Below are positions 1 to 9,077 of a stretch of DNA of 64,000 nt, piece after piece. A program made the translations under genes and the position numbers. The stretch comes from a virus (lineage: Duplodnaviria > Caudoviricetes), in the IMG/VR virus record IMGVR_UViG_3300029305_003884, positions 96,001 through 160,000 of that record; one strand, written 5' to 3'. Every line of letters starts with the position of its first letter. The stretch's first letter is position 1. The notes beneath the pieces were generated by a model that saw only the letters and a program-made list of their open reading frames with translations, had not been told where the DNA came from and did not search any database.

Positions 1-425
1 AAAAACTCCTTCGTGAACCAATAATGCTTGCATTTTCCAGGAACATCCTTTGTACCCTTGATGTAAGAGCGGCTCCTACCGATTACTCCCCACTGTTCAA
101 GGATATTGACGTAGTCCAAGTAGTTGGAACCGAGTATCCTGTCGTAGATTTTCGAGTAGATTGGGACAGCCCACTTGTCAATATCGATTGACCAATGGTG
201 CTTTATAGCCATGTTGAAGGCCATCTGGTAACGTCGGTAGACTGTATTCACGATGTAGACCAGAAATTCGAAATTTTTCCTATGCACTCCATCCAAAGTC
301 TCAGATTTAGCCATCAAATACTCGAAAATACGGTTAGGAACCAGCATCTTATCGAAGGAATAATGGCTGTCTGACTCAGAAAATTGGTCTAAAATACGTA
401 AAGAAAGTGCAAGTTTCGAACTCAT
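1..425 (-). CDS. Hypothetical protein, runs off the left edge of the window; possible N-terminal winged helix
   Basis: Not in the ORF track. Manual translation from ATG at 425 (MSSKLALSLRILDQF...LGSNYLDYVNILEQWGVIGRSRSYIKGTKDVPGKCKHYWF) stays open to position 1. A TTGACA-17-TATTTT promoter lies just upstream. Confidence 0.75.
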   Translation of the reverse strand, partial: MSSKLALSLRILDQFSESDSHYSFDKMLVPNRIFEYLMAKSETLDGVHRKNFEFLVYIVNTVYRRYQMAFNMAIKHHWSIDIDKWAVPIYSKIYDRILGSNYLDYVNILEQWGVIGRSRSYIKGTKDVPGKCKHYWFTKEF

Positions 426-432
426 CGGCGAT

Positions 433-461
433 AAAATAAAATTAAAATCGGGTTTTGTCAA
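433..461 (-). promoter_or_regulatory. Sigma70-like promoter, probably giving a leaderless mRNA
   Basis: Minus strand TTGACA (461-456), 17 nt spacer, TATTTT (438-433), then only 7 nt to the ATG at 425. Confidence 0.65.
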
Positions 462-624
462 GTACCTACTCAAATGAAATCCACATTTGCACCCCATTTA
501 CCAAGGATAACACTATATGTTCTCACTTTTTGATATTAAAATATAAACTTAGGCTGTAAAAAAGATATTTTAGTTTAGAAAAACATCATTTTTTTTTCTC
601 AACCCTAGTTTATTCACTCAGATT

Positions 625-2382
625 ATGAAAGTTTACTTCGATTTCCTTAAAGATAACTCGGCTGTCGTCAACGTCTATGACGGCACCCCAACTGAAATCA
701 ATCGAGTATATGCCTACCTTAACACTTGCATCAAGTATGAGGACAAGCAGGCCACCTACACCGAAAAGTACAAGAACGGATACAAGAAGGAATACGTCAA
801 TTTTTACGACAAGGATGAACGGACCGTGCCCATCGGTCTGATTGCTAGGGTGTGCGACATGTTGAAGGGTAAGTTCCCGACGATGCAAATCGGGATGTCG
901 TCCCTGTCCCCGAGGATTCAGTCGATGTTCACGCCGAAGGTCGTATTGAGCAGGGAGGACATCATCAAGTACGCCGAGACGCTCAACATCCACGACCGCA
1001 AGGAGGGGTTCAAGCTCAGTCTATATGACCATCAGGTTGAACTCATCTATCAGGCCATGCTGCACCGACGTGGTTCGTTGAAGGCCTGCACAGCCTCTGG
1101 AAAGTCACTGTCCATCTATGTGATGGCGAGGTACATGACCGAGGTCGAACACAAGAAGATTGCCATAGTCGTTCCGAACTCGGGCCTCGTGGTCCAGTTG
1201 ATGGAAAACTTCTACGACGACTACTCCTGGGACGAGGCGCACGAGAACTGTACCCTAATCTACGGGGACTCCAAGGACAAGCTGACTGCCTCACAGAAAA
1301 AGAAGCTGGCTGAACTGCACCTTGGCGAGGAAGTGATGTTGAAGCCTATCGTCATCACGACTTGGCAGAGTCTGCAGAACAAGGAGCCGTCCTTCTTCAA
1401 GCGGTTCGATGCGGTTATCGTTGACGAATGCCAGGGATGCCGTGGTCCAGTCCTCCGTAAGATTCTCGACTATTGCACGTCGGCGGAGAACTTCAAGATA
1501 GGCGTTTCGGGTACGATTCCGAAGGAAGGCCTTGAAGCAGCCTGCATCGAGGCGTCTCTTGGAAAGAGGTACGAGATTGTCAGCCTGTGGCAGCTTGCCG
1601 AGAAGAAGCTTATCTGTCCTGTGAAGGTGGTCGGCCTGTTCGTTCCGTATCCGCTGGATTGCCGAACGACCATCTGCTACTCGAAGTTCGATGAGGAGTA
1701 TTCAATCGTGACTGGCAACCGCAGTCGGTACGACATCCTCGACATGCTCATCAACAACAAGATGATAACGACGGAGCAGAACACGGTTATTCTTTTCCGA
1801 AACATCGACCCGCTGGAACGAGTCGCCGCATACTTGCAGGAACATCATCCAGAGTTCAAGTACAGCATCATCAAGGGAGACGTAAAGGCCGTCGAGAGAA
1901 ACAAAATCCGTGCCGAAATGGATTCATCTTACGGGCACATTCTTCTCGGCACATACGGCTGTCTCCAAGCGGGAATGAACGTGAAGAAGTTGAACAACCT
2001 TGTTTTCGGCGACCCAGGAAAGTCGATGTACATGATTATGCAGTCGATTGGCCGTATCGTCCGTAAGTGCAACGGCAAGGAAATCGCAACCTGTTACGAC
2101 ATCGTTGACGACGCTTCGTACATGGTACATGGTCGCAAGCTGGGTGACCACATCAACGAGAACTGCATGGTTCGTCACTTCCGTGAAAGGATGAATTACT
2201 ACGATGATGACAAGATTCCTGTAACCACGGTCGACCTCACGGGTATAGTCGAGGCCGATGTCAAGCTCGACGATATCAAGCAGAAGAGAAAGGAGAAGGC
2301 GGAGAAGCGTGCGGCCCAGATGGAGAAAAAGAAAAAGAAGGCCGCAGAGGGCCTTCTGAAAAACTACCGCAGGCAGTTCTAG
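625..2382 (+). CDS. uvsW: UvsW-like SF2 DNA helicase
   Basis: Walker A ACTASGKS, IVDECQ (DExH-like), GVSGT, QSIGRIVR motif VI and YDIVDD, as in T4 UvsW. Confidence 0.9.
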   Translation: MKVYFDFLKDNSAVVNVYDGTPTEINRVYAYLNTCIKYEDKQATYTEKYKNGYKKEYVNFYDKDERTVPIGLIARVCDMLKGKFPTMQIGMSSLSPRIQSMFTPKVVLSREDIIKYAETLNIHDRKEGFKLSLYDHQVELIYQAMLHRRGSLKACTASGKSLSIYVMARYMTEVEHKKIAIVVPNSGLVVQLMENFYDDYSWDEAHENCTLIYGDSKDKLTASQKKKLAELHLGEEVMLKPIVITTWQSLQNKEPSFFKRFDAVIVDECQGCRGPVLRKILDYCTSAENFKIGVSGTIPKEGLEAACIEASLGKRYEIVSLWQLAEKKLICPVKVVGLFVPYPLDCRTTICYSKFDEEYSIVTGNRSRYDILDMLINNKMITTEQNTVILFRNIDPLERVAAYLQEHHPEFKYSIIKGDVKAVERNKIRAEMDSSYGHILLGTYGCLQAGMNVKKLNNLVFGDPGKSMYMIMQSIGRIVRKCNGKEIATCYDIVDDASYMVHGRKLGDHINENCMVRHFRERMNYYDDDKIPVTTVDLTGIVEADVKLDDIKQKRKEKAEKRAAQMEKKKKKAAEGLLKNYRRQF

Positions 2383-5300
2383 TCTTCATCATCCATCGGA
2401 ATGAATTCGTTACGCCAATCCGCTTTTCTACGCTTAGTGACTTGGCTATTCTGCTTATCTTCGATTTCTGACAAGACCTTTTTCGAGGTCATGTTATTCG
2501 TATATCCTGTAATCGTTCTATATTGGCGGCCTGTGACCTTAGTTATCTGCGGGTTGGTGGACATTACGATTACAACCATATTCAGCATCGAGATGTTGAA
2601 GAGGATACGCAGTCTGGGGATGATTGCGTTCACCAACTGTTGGTAACCCAAGTTTCCTTCGAATGCGATTTGTATGTTGTCGTTGATGTACTTCTGCATT
2701 TTCTTGATGTCGTCCATATCCAACACTTCTTGCACGGTATATGTACTCTGCCCGGCCAGATTGAAGTTAACGGTGAGCAGGTATACAGTCTCGAACAGGA
2801 TGTCGATTAGATATGCGTTCAGCAAGAAATCGTTCTGGCATCCGAGTCCGCCTTCGTTGTAAAGCTTTCCTGACGGTGACTGTCCTTTTGTCATCCCTTC
2901 TATTTCTTGTGAATTGACGTATCCACGTACAGGGAAACTGGATGCGATACTCGGGTCTTTTCCCATAACGTCTGTACGAACCTTGTTGTACAGCATGATT
3001 ATGTGTTCAGTGAGTGTGAATGAATCTTGGATATCCTTCTTGAACGAATCGTCTGCCATGATGCCCAAGTTCGTCTTCTTCACGCCGTCGAAAATCGTGT
3101 TGATGAGTTTAGTCTTGCTTCCGTTGCGGTTGAACTTGCTAATGAGAGCCTTTCGTGTCTGGTCGTTCAGCATCTTGTTGGTGCGAAGGGCTTCCTTGAT
3201 TTTGCTGCAGCAAGTTTTTGCTGCGTTTTCGTATCTCTCGATTATCTTGTTCAGGAAGTATCCTTGTGCAAGACGGTCGACGGATTCCATTGATTCGTCC
3301 ATACCGAGCATTTCCAACGCCTTTTTGTCAACGGACATGGTGGTGTCATCAACGGTCGGTGCTTCGGCTGGGGGTATGGTGTCGATACCGTAGTCCTGAC
3401 GGATGCGCTCGATAATCTCGTTGAGGTGTCTCAGCTGGAAAACGTATGGCTTGATGCTGCCCTGCAAATCTTCAATCATGCTCACGAATTTTCCGATATG
3501 CTCGAACGAAGTCTTCGCCTTGGATTTATTTTCAATTTTGGTGAAGTGGTTGACTTTCATTTCAGCAGGGCTCATGTGAGTCCATCCGTTATGCTTGTAT
3601 ATGTATGAACAGTTGCGGAGGGCGTCAGGCATCATATTGTGGTAATGGTCGCTCGGGAGTTGCAGCCACTCCATTCCGTCCAGGATGTTCTTGATGGCTG
3701 CGTTATCCGTTTCCAGAGTATACATTCCATCAGATTCCATGAGCAATCCGCTTTGTTCAAGGAAATTGAGTGCCGAGGTAAGTGGGTTGGGGTCGGTCAG
3801 CGTTATAGAAGCAATGATTTTGCCTTCCATCGCTTTTGCCGCCATCAAGTTTACCACGGTCGGCAGGTTGTTTAGGCTGTACGTCTTGCCGCCGCTTTTG
3901 AGCGTGATTGGATGGTGTGTGTTGATATTGGCAGAACGATTCTGGGATGTCCTGCTGTCTGGGTCCATCTGGGCAAGCTTAGAAAGTTGGCTCAGTATGG
4001 TTGCAAACGCCATGACATGTGCGTCACGCTCGACCATTTCCTGATTAACTGATTGGGCCGAGTTGAGGAATTTCTCTCGGAGCTTTTCCATTTCGCTTGC
4101 CTTATCTTGAAGCTCAGGCGGCAACTCGCCCAGTGTAAGGTAGCCGACAAGTCCCTGAATCGTTTCGTAAGGAGAATTGAACAACTCCCTGACGAGGATT
4201 CGGTTTAGGTCATACACAACGGAGTTCGGGTTATTCTTAGGCTCGATTTGGTCTGGAACCTTTTCGGGATGTCCGTTGAGAGTAGCCAACATCTTTGCGA
4301 ACATCAGCTTCTTGGTCTTCTCGACGGTCAGGGTTGTCGAATCGAACGAGTCATCATACTCCTGTTCGAACTTTTCCTCTCCCGTATAATTGTCAATTAC
4401 GCTACCAGCCTCATCACCGCTCTTCATAGTTGCCTTGCCCATTTCCGTCTCGGTTTTCAGCTTATCCTTGATGATACCGAATGTCACGAAGTATTCAGGG
4501 AAAATCGCACGGTATTGTGCCTCGGACATGATGACGGTTCCGAGGTTTCTGTAAGTGCCAGATTCGACTGGTCCAAGATTTTCGATTGCAAGAAGTTTGT
4601 TCAGGGTAGTGACGAACTGGGTATATACGTCGATGCCGTTGCTATCGGTACGGTCCTGTTTTCGAACGCTAACCTCGATGGTGTTCACCGGAGCCGAGCC
4701 GTCCTCCCCTTTGCTCCCTCTTATGTACTTCATGGTACCAGCAAAGCGGTATATACCAGCTGTCTTCAACAGGTTACCAACGTCAGCGGTAGATTTTATC
4801 ATGTCCCTGACCTTCTTCTCGCAACGGTCACGCAAGTCGTCGAAGGAAGAAGTGTCATCATCGGCTTCTTTTAGTTCGGCTGCTTTGCGTATGGCATTGA
4901 GCAGGGTTACATCATTGAGGATATTGTGGTAATCCGACCTGATGGATGCCAAAACGACATTCAGGTCCTGGTTCGTGAAGTTGTTTTTGACCATCTCTGA
5001 GGCGTACATGCTGAGTTGTTTTGTATCTTTGATGATTTCCGCTCTCGGGTAACGGGAGCTTAACACGTTGATGAATTCTTGTGCGCTCGGATGCTTATCT
5101 AGTGTGGCGAGCTTAATGAAATCGTCGCTGACCATGTCGCTTCGTGTGAAACAGGACATGAAATATGCGGCGAGGCCGTCTTTTGCATCAGTGATGTCGT
5201 CAACGAATATCCTCTGCTGCATGTTGAGAAGAGCGTTGTCTATCGTCTTGCCCATGTACAGCTCCATCAAGCTTACTGGACTGAATGGAAGGACGTTGAA

Positions 5301-5546
5301 CTTGGCGTTGGGCTTGTTCGGGTCGACCAGTGTATCCGTGCGGATTTTTGGCATGATGGAGTCGACGACCTGTTCGACGCTGATTGTCGCCTGGTCCTTG
5401 ACCTTGTTTTTGACTAGCGCTTCAACAATGTCCCTTATGTTCTTTTCAGTGTACAACTCATGCAGGAAGCCGTTGTTGTTGGCCTGTCCTAGTACGTGCC
5501 GAATATAGAAAATTAAAGCGTATTCCTTTTGAAGAGTCGTAAACAT
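2379..5546 (-). CDS. Large hypothetical late protein (1055 aa), possibly virion-internal
   Basis: Long ORF with phage-typical codon use, preceded by TATAAACTAG on the minus strand. No recognisable motif. Confidence 0.8.
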   Translation of the reverse strand: MFTTLQKEYALIFYIRHVLGQANNNGFLHELYTEKNIRDIVEALVKNKVKDQATISVEQVVDSIMPKIRTDTLVDPNKPNAKFNVLPFSPVSLMELYMGKTIDNALLNMQQRIFVDDITDAKDGLAAYFMSCFTRSDMVSDDFIKLATLDKHPSAQEFINVLSSRYPRAEIIKDTKQLSMYASEMVKNNFTNQDLNVVLASIRSDYHNILNDVTLLNAIRKAAELKEADDDTSSFDDLRDRCEKKVRDMIKSTADVGNLLKTAGIYRFAGTMKYIRGSKGEDGSAPVNTIEVSVRKQDRTDSNGIDVYTQFVTTLNKLLAIENLGPVESGTYRNLGTVIMSEAQYRAIFPEYFVTFGIIKDKLKTETEMGKATMKSGDEAGSVIDNYTGEEKFEQEYDDSFDSTTLTVEKTKKLMFAKMLATLNGHPEKVPDQIEPKNNPNSVVYDLNRILVRELFNSPYETIQGLVGYLTLGELPPELQDKASEMEKLREKFLNSAQSVNQEMVERDAHVMAFATILSQLSKLAQMDPDSRTSQNRSANINTHHPITLKSGGKTYSLNNLPTVVNLMAAKAMEGKIIASITLTDPNPLTSALNFLEQSGLLMESDGMYTLETDNAAIKNILDGMEWLQLPSDHYHNMMPDALRNCSYIYKHNGWTHMSPAEMKVNHFTKIENKSKAKTSFEHIGKFVSMIEDLQGSIKPYVFQLRHLNEIIERIRQDYGIDTIPPAEAPTVDDTTMSVDKKALEMLGMDESMESVDRLAQGYFLNKIIERYENAAKTCCSKIKEALRTNKMLNDQTRKALISKFNRNGSKTKLINTIFDGVKKTNLGIMADDSFKKDIQDSFTLTEHIIMLYNKVRTDVMGKDPSIASSFPVRGYVNSQEIEGMTKGQSPSGKLYNEGGLGCQNDFLLNAYLIDILFETVYLLTVNFNLAGQSTYTVQEVLDMDDIKKMQKYINDNIQIAFEGNLGYQQLVNAIIPRLRILFNISMLNMVVIVMSTNPQITKVTGRQYRTITGYTNNMTSKKVLSEIEDKQNSQVTKRRKADWRNEFIPMDDED

Positions 5547-5567
5547 GGGATATCCTCTTAATTAACT

Positions 5568-5577
5568 CTAGTTTATA
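5568..5577 (-). promoter_or_regulatory. Putative late promoter (TATAAACTAG, 9/10 match)
   Basis: Near-match to the recurrent TATAAACTAT decamer, about 20 nt upstream of the 5546 start. Confidence 0.65.
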
Positions 5578-5586
5578 CTTTTTTGG

Positions 5587-5615
5587 TTGACAAGCCGCTT
5601 GGAAAAGACTATATT
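5587..5615 (+). promoter_or_regulatory. Sigma70-like early promoter of rnh
   Basis: TTGACA-17 nt-TATATT, followed by an AGGAG RBS and ATG 5636. Confidence 0.75.
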
Positions 5616-5635
5616 GTCAAATTAGGAGTTTAATT

Positions 5636-7051
5636 ATGATAAATACCCATTCTACTTACAAGTACGACACAAACAGGCTCATGGTGATAGACTGGTCGTC
5701 CATCGCCCACCAGAACATCCATTCGATTCAGGCTGCAGAGAAGGCGGGAGACGATTACGGAATCCAGACTAAGGAAGACGAACTTCGTCTATGGCGGAAC
5801 AAGATGGTCACCTCGATGAACGACTTGATTCAGCGGTTCAATCCCCTTGATATCATCATTGCCGTCGACGATAAGTCTTGGCGAAAAGATTTCGTCAAGG
5901 AGTATTACGGTAAGCATACCATCGTCTATTACGACGAGACCTACCTGTACACCGAGACGGAAAACTATGCATACCGCATAGGAAAGCCAGACAAGACCAA
6001 GGAAGAGTACACCGTCGATAGGATTGCTGTGAAGGATTACAAGACGTTCAGGGATAAGCCGCACAAGCTTCTCAATGAACTCTCGCCCGCAAAGCAGGAA
6101 ACCTTGTGGAATCTCTATGAAATCAGCAAAAAGTCCAAGAACGAGAGTAAGACGCCAATCATTCCCAGCTACAAGGGAAAGAGAAAGTACAGTGAATGGA
6201 CTGCCATCACGCCTAAGGCCGAATGGCAGGCGTACAAGGATAAGTTCGCCCTTGACCTAGCCAAGTACTACCGTGCGGTCGCAATCCAGGTGAGCGGTGC
6301 CGAAGGTGACGATGTTATCTACGGTGCGGTCACGTCGTTGCAGGACAAGTACAGTAGCATCGTTGTTGTCACGAGAGATAGTGACATGATGCAGATTGAA
6401 TGCAAAAAAGCGGTGTTCTATGACCACCTGAACGGCAATTTCCTTTCCTGCGAATCCCCGTCCGACTACCTCATCGCTAAAATCGTCTCTGGCGACAGTA
6501 GCGACAATATCCATGGCATGTGCTTGCCTAACCCGAAGACACCAGGTTTCCCGAAGGCGACCTGCGTGGGCAAGGATGGCGCACCGAAGTTCGTCAAGGA
6601 GTGCGGCGATGTATATGAGACGGCGAAGCGTGACGGATGGCTCGACCAGTTCATGAGGAACAAGACCCTTATCGACCTCAGTTGCAGTCCTGTTGAACTC
6701 AAGACGGCGATTACCGAGGCATGTAGCCGTGTCGGAACGAGCGAGCTTGCCCCTGCCGAGGCCATGGAAAACATTGGCATCACGAAACACCAGATTGATT
6801 TCATCAAGAACCTGCGTGGCCGTGGATTCTATTCATTTAACCCGAGAAGCGATATTGAAAATTGCAATAGGCTGTTTGAGGGTGATAGGAATGCCCAGTC
6901 GGCAAAGATAGACCGAATCCAGGAAGACCTGACTTCCCCGATTTCGGCGGTGCCTGTTTCTACTCTGGTAGGCAATCAGGCTCAACCTGTCCCAGACTTC
7001 AATGTCGGCAACGCATTTGCAAGCCCGTTTGGCGACGACCCACCGTTTTAG
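5636..7051 (+). CDS. rnh: T4-type RNase H / 5'-3' flap exonuclease
   Basis: LMVIDWS, SWRKD, YKGKRK, GAEGDDVI, VTRDSDMMQ and GDSSDNI motifs of the FEN/T4 RNase H family. Confidence 0.9.
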   Translation: MINTHSTYKYDTNRLMVIDWSSIAHQNIHSIQAAEKAGDDYGIQTKEDELRLWRNKMVTSMNDLIQRFNPLDIIIAVDDKSWRKDFVKEYYGKHTIVYYDETYLYTETENYAYRIGKPDKTKEEYTVDRIAVKDYKTFRDKPHKLLNELSPAKQETLWNLYEISKKSKNESKTPIIPSYKGKRKYSEWTAITPKAEWQAYKDKFALDLAKYYRAVAIQVSGAEGDDVIYGAVTSLQDKYSSIVVVTRDSDMMQIECKKAVFYDHLNGNFLSCESPSDYLIAKIVSGDSSDNIHGMCLPNPKTPGFPKATCVGKDGAPKFVKECGDVYETAKRDGWLDQFMRNKTLIDLSCSPVELKTAITEACSRVGTSELAPAEAMENIGITKHQIDFIKNLRGRGFYSFNPRSDIENCNRLFEGDRNAQSAKIDRIQEDLTSPISAVPVSTLVGNQAQPVPDFNVGNAFASPFGDDPPF

Positions 7052-7074
7052 CATTTATTGTTCGACTCATCAGG

Positions 7075-7103
7075 GTGTCGGGCGGATTTCCGTCCGACAT
7101 TTC
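7075..7103 (+). terminator. Intrinsic terminator
   Basis: TGTCGGGCGG-ATTT-CCGTCCGACA stem followed by TTT, after rnh. Confidence 0.6.
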
Positions 7104-7150
7104 TGTTTGGAAAAATGTAATTTATTGTTGAAATATAACGGGATAATATC

Positions 7151-8506
7151 ATGAATCCACGAGTCTATCTATTGGCCAGAGTAGCCAAACAGTCCAAAAT
7201 GAAGTTCAAGATGTGGTGTAAGTACCATGAAAACATTGGATTTCGTAAAATTTACATCTTTACCAACGATGAACCCGAATGGTTCCAGGAAGCCAAGAAG
7301 GAAGTCATCGAATCTAGCGACCGTTTCGTGTTCATCAAGCCTGACGAAAGGTGGAGGAAGGTGAGTGAAATCGTCAAGGCGTTTCTCAAACACTGTGGAA
7401 ACGGTGACTGGGGTATGCTCCTGTCAACTGACGAATACATCTTTACGGAAAAGCGTGACAAGTTCAATGTCGGCAACCTCGTCGGCTACGTCATCCAGAG
7501 GCTTCATGCCCGTTCCGTTACGCTCTACAAGGAATACGTCAGGGAAAACGATGGTTTCGAGTTCAAGGCAAAGGATTATGACACTTACAGCATGGACGAC
7601 GAGAAGTTCCCTGTGGCCAGCACTATACTGTTCAGCGTTCAGGATGTAAACAGCAACCCGTTGTCTAGTCCGTTCACCCCAGCAAACCAGGCTCAGTGGA
7701 TTGACTCCCGCTGGCAGCCGATGAACAAGGACATCCTGACTACGCAGGTGCCGAGGTTTACCGAATGTGCCGTCCGTGTAATCAAGCTCCTTGAAGCCGA
7801 TGCCGTGGACGAAGAATCCGACAAGAGTTTCGATGTGAAGGCAACCGCTTTCTGGCAGTATTACCTCTACAAGTTCCCTGAAATCACCCCGAGATTCCCG
7901 CCGAAGGCTACCAAGGCAAAGGAGGAATTGGAGACGAAGATTCAGGAAATCGCCGAGGAGTCCAAGGTGGAAGCTCCTGCCGAAGAAAAGGTCGAATACA
8001 ACCTCGATGGCGAACTGATTGGCCGTGTGATTGCCGCTATCTTGAACGGAAGTGACTATGCCAAGGTTCTTGAAGACATCCATGCGGCAAGACTCCCTGT
8101 GTCGGACGATGCTGTCAAAATTGTCTACGAACGTGAATGCTACAACATCATCGAAGGAAGCGAACCGTTCCAGCGTTTGCTGCAGCTTTTGACCGAAGGT
8201 GCAAAGCCGCAGGCAATCATGAAGGAACTGCACGTTTCCCCGAAGAACTTGAAGAAGTGGCGTGAAATGCTTGAAAGCATCCCGCCTGAAATCAAGGCGA
8301 AGTTCGACAAGGCTGAATCCGAAGAGTCAACCGTCGCTGTCGAGGAAGAACTGGTTCCTGTTGCGGTAGAAGAGAAGAAGCCGAAAAAGAGGGGCCGCAA
8401 GAAGAAGGATGCTCCCGTTACCGTGGAAGATATCGACAACGGTATCCAGCCTGGAACGAAGGACTGCCCCGTAGAGGAAATTCCGACAGATTCACAGGAA
8501 GAATAA
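7151..8506 (+). CDS. Glycosyltransferase-like (GT-A, GT2/GT92-type) N-terminal domain fused to an HTH and an acidic tail
   Basis: WCKYHENIGFRKIYIFTND and DWGMLLSTDEY resemble the W..YH...GF..iyiydn and W....DxDE motifs. LTEGAKPQAIMKELHVSPKNLKKW is HTH-like. Confidence 0.6.
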   Translation: MNPRVYLLARVAKQSKMKFKMWCKYHENIGFRKIYIFTNDEPEWFQEAKKEVIESSDRFVFIKPDERWRKVSEIVKAFLKHCGNGDWGMLLSTDEYIFTEKRDKFNVGNLVGYVIQRLHARSVTLYKEYVRENDGFEFKAKDYDTYSMDDEKFPVASTILFSVQDVNSNPLSSPFTPANQAQWIDSRWQPMNKDILTTQVPRFTECAVRVIKLLEADAVDEESDKSFDVKATAFWQYYLYKFPEITPRFPPKATKAKEELETKIQEIAEESKVEAPAEEKVEYNLDGELIGRVIAAILNGSDYAKVLEDIHAARLPVSDDAVKIVYERECYNIIEGSEPFQRLLQLLTEGAKPQAIMKELHVSPKNLKKWREMLESIPPEIKAKFDKAESEESTVAVEEELVPVAVEEKKPKKRGRKKKDAPVTVEDIDNGIQPGTKDCPVEEIPTDSQEE

Positions 8507-8574
8507 CGGAATAGCCTGAAAACAATATATTTTTAATGGGAATCCAGTGGATTCCCATTTTTGTTGGAGATACG

Positions 8575-8991
8575 ATGACGGAAGATAATTTCAAGAATAC
8601 AGTTTTGCCTATGGCCGAGAAGTATATCACCATACCCGATGCCGTTCCAGAAGTCGTCGAGTACTTGAGACATGTCTCGAACTACGAATACACTTTCGCC
8701 CGTTTTGTGGACGAGGAAACCCGTCTTATTGCTGAAATGAAGTTGACAAAGGACGATATCCTGTCCGAAGTCACGGAAAAGCACAAGTTCAAGACAATTC
8801 CCCGCTACACGAACAATACGCTCCTCATGAACCGAATCAATGGAGACCCCCGCCTCGTGGACTGGAACGGGAAGATTGCCGAGCAGGAGGAATACCTTAG
8901 CTCGATGAAGAACGTTCTGAGCATCATCCGAGAGAACAGGTTTGCTTGCCAGAAGATTCTTGACCATGAGGTCTCGGTCGGACACCAGTAA
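8575..8991 (+). CDS. uvsY: UvsY-like recombination mediator
   Basis: About 138 aa, helical, INGDPRLV...EEYLSSMKNVLSIIRENRFACQKILD pattern, directly upstream of uvsX. Start moved from 8536 to ATG 8575 (GGAGA RBS). Confidence 0.65.
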   Translation: MTEDNFKNTVLPMAEKYITIPDAVPEVVEYLRHVSNYEYTFARFVDEETRLIAEMKLTKDDILSEVTEKHKFKTIPRYTNNTLLMNRINGDPRLVDWNGKIAEQEEYLSSMKNVLSIIRENRFACQKILDHEVSVGHQ

Positions 8992-9077
8992 TCTTATAAA
9001 CATAGAATGTCAACACATTAGCAAGTCTGAAGACCATGACCCCCTGGGTTGAACGTCGAACCAGACAGGAGTACAAT

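Noticed and set aside
2379-2382. Convergent genes sharing a CTAG double stop
   Set aside because: A common compact-genome overlap with no further signal.
8505-8533. AACGGA-17-TATTTT as a distinct middle-promoter class (also at 52457-52485)
   Set aside because: Only two instances, and the other TATTTT sites lack it, so it could be chance.
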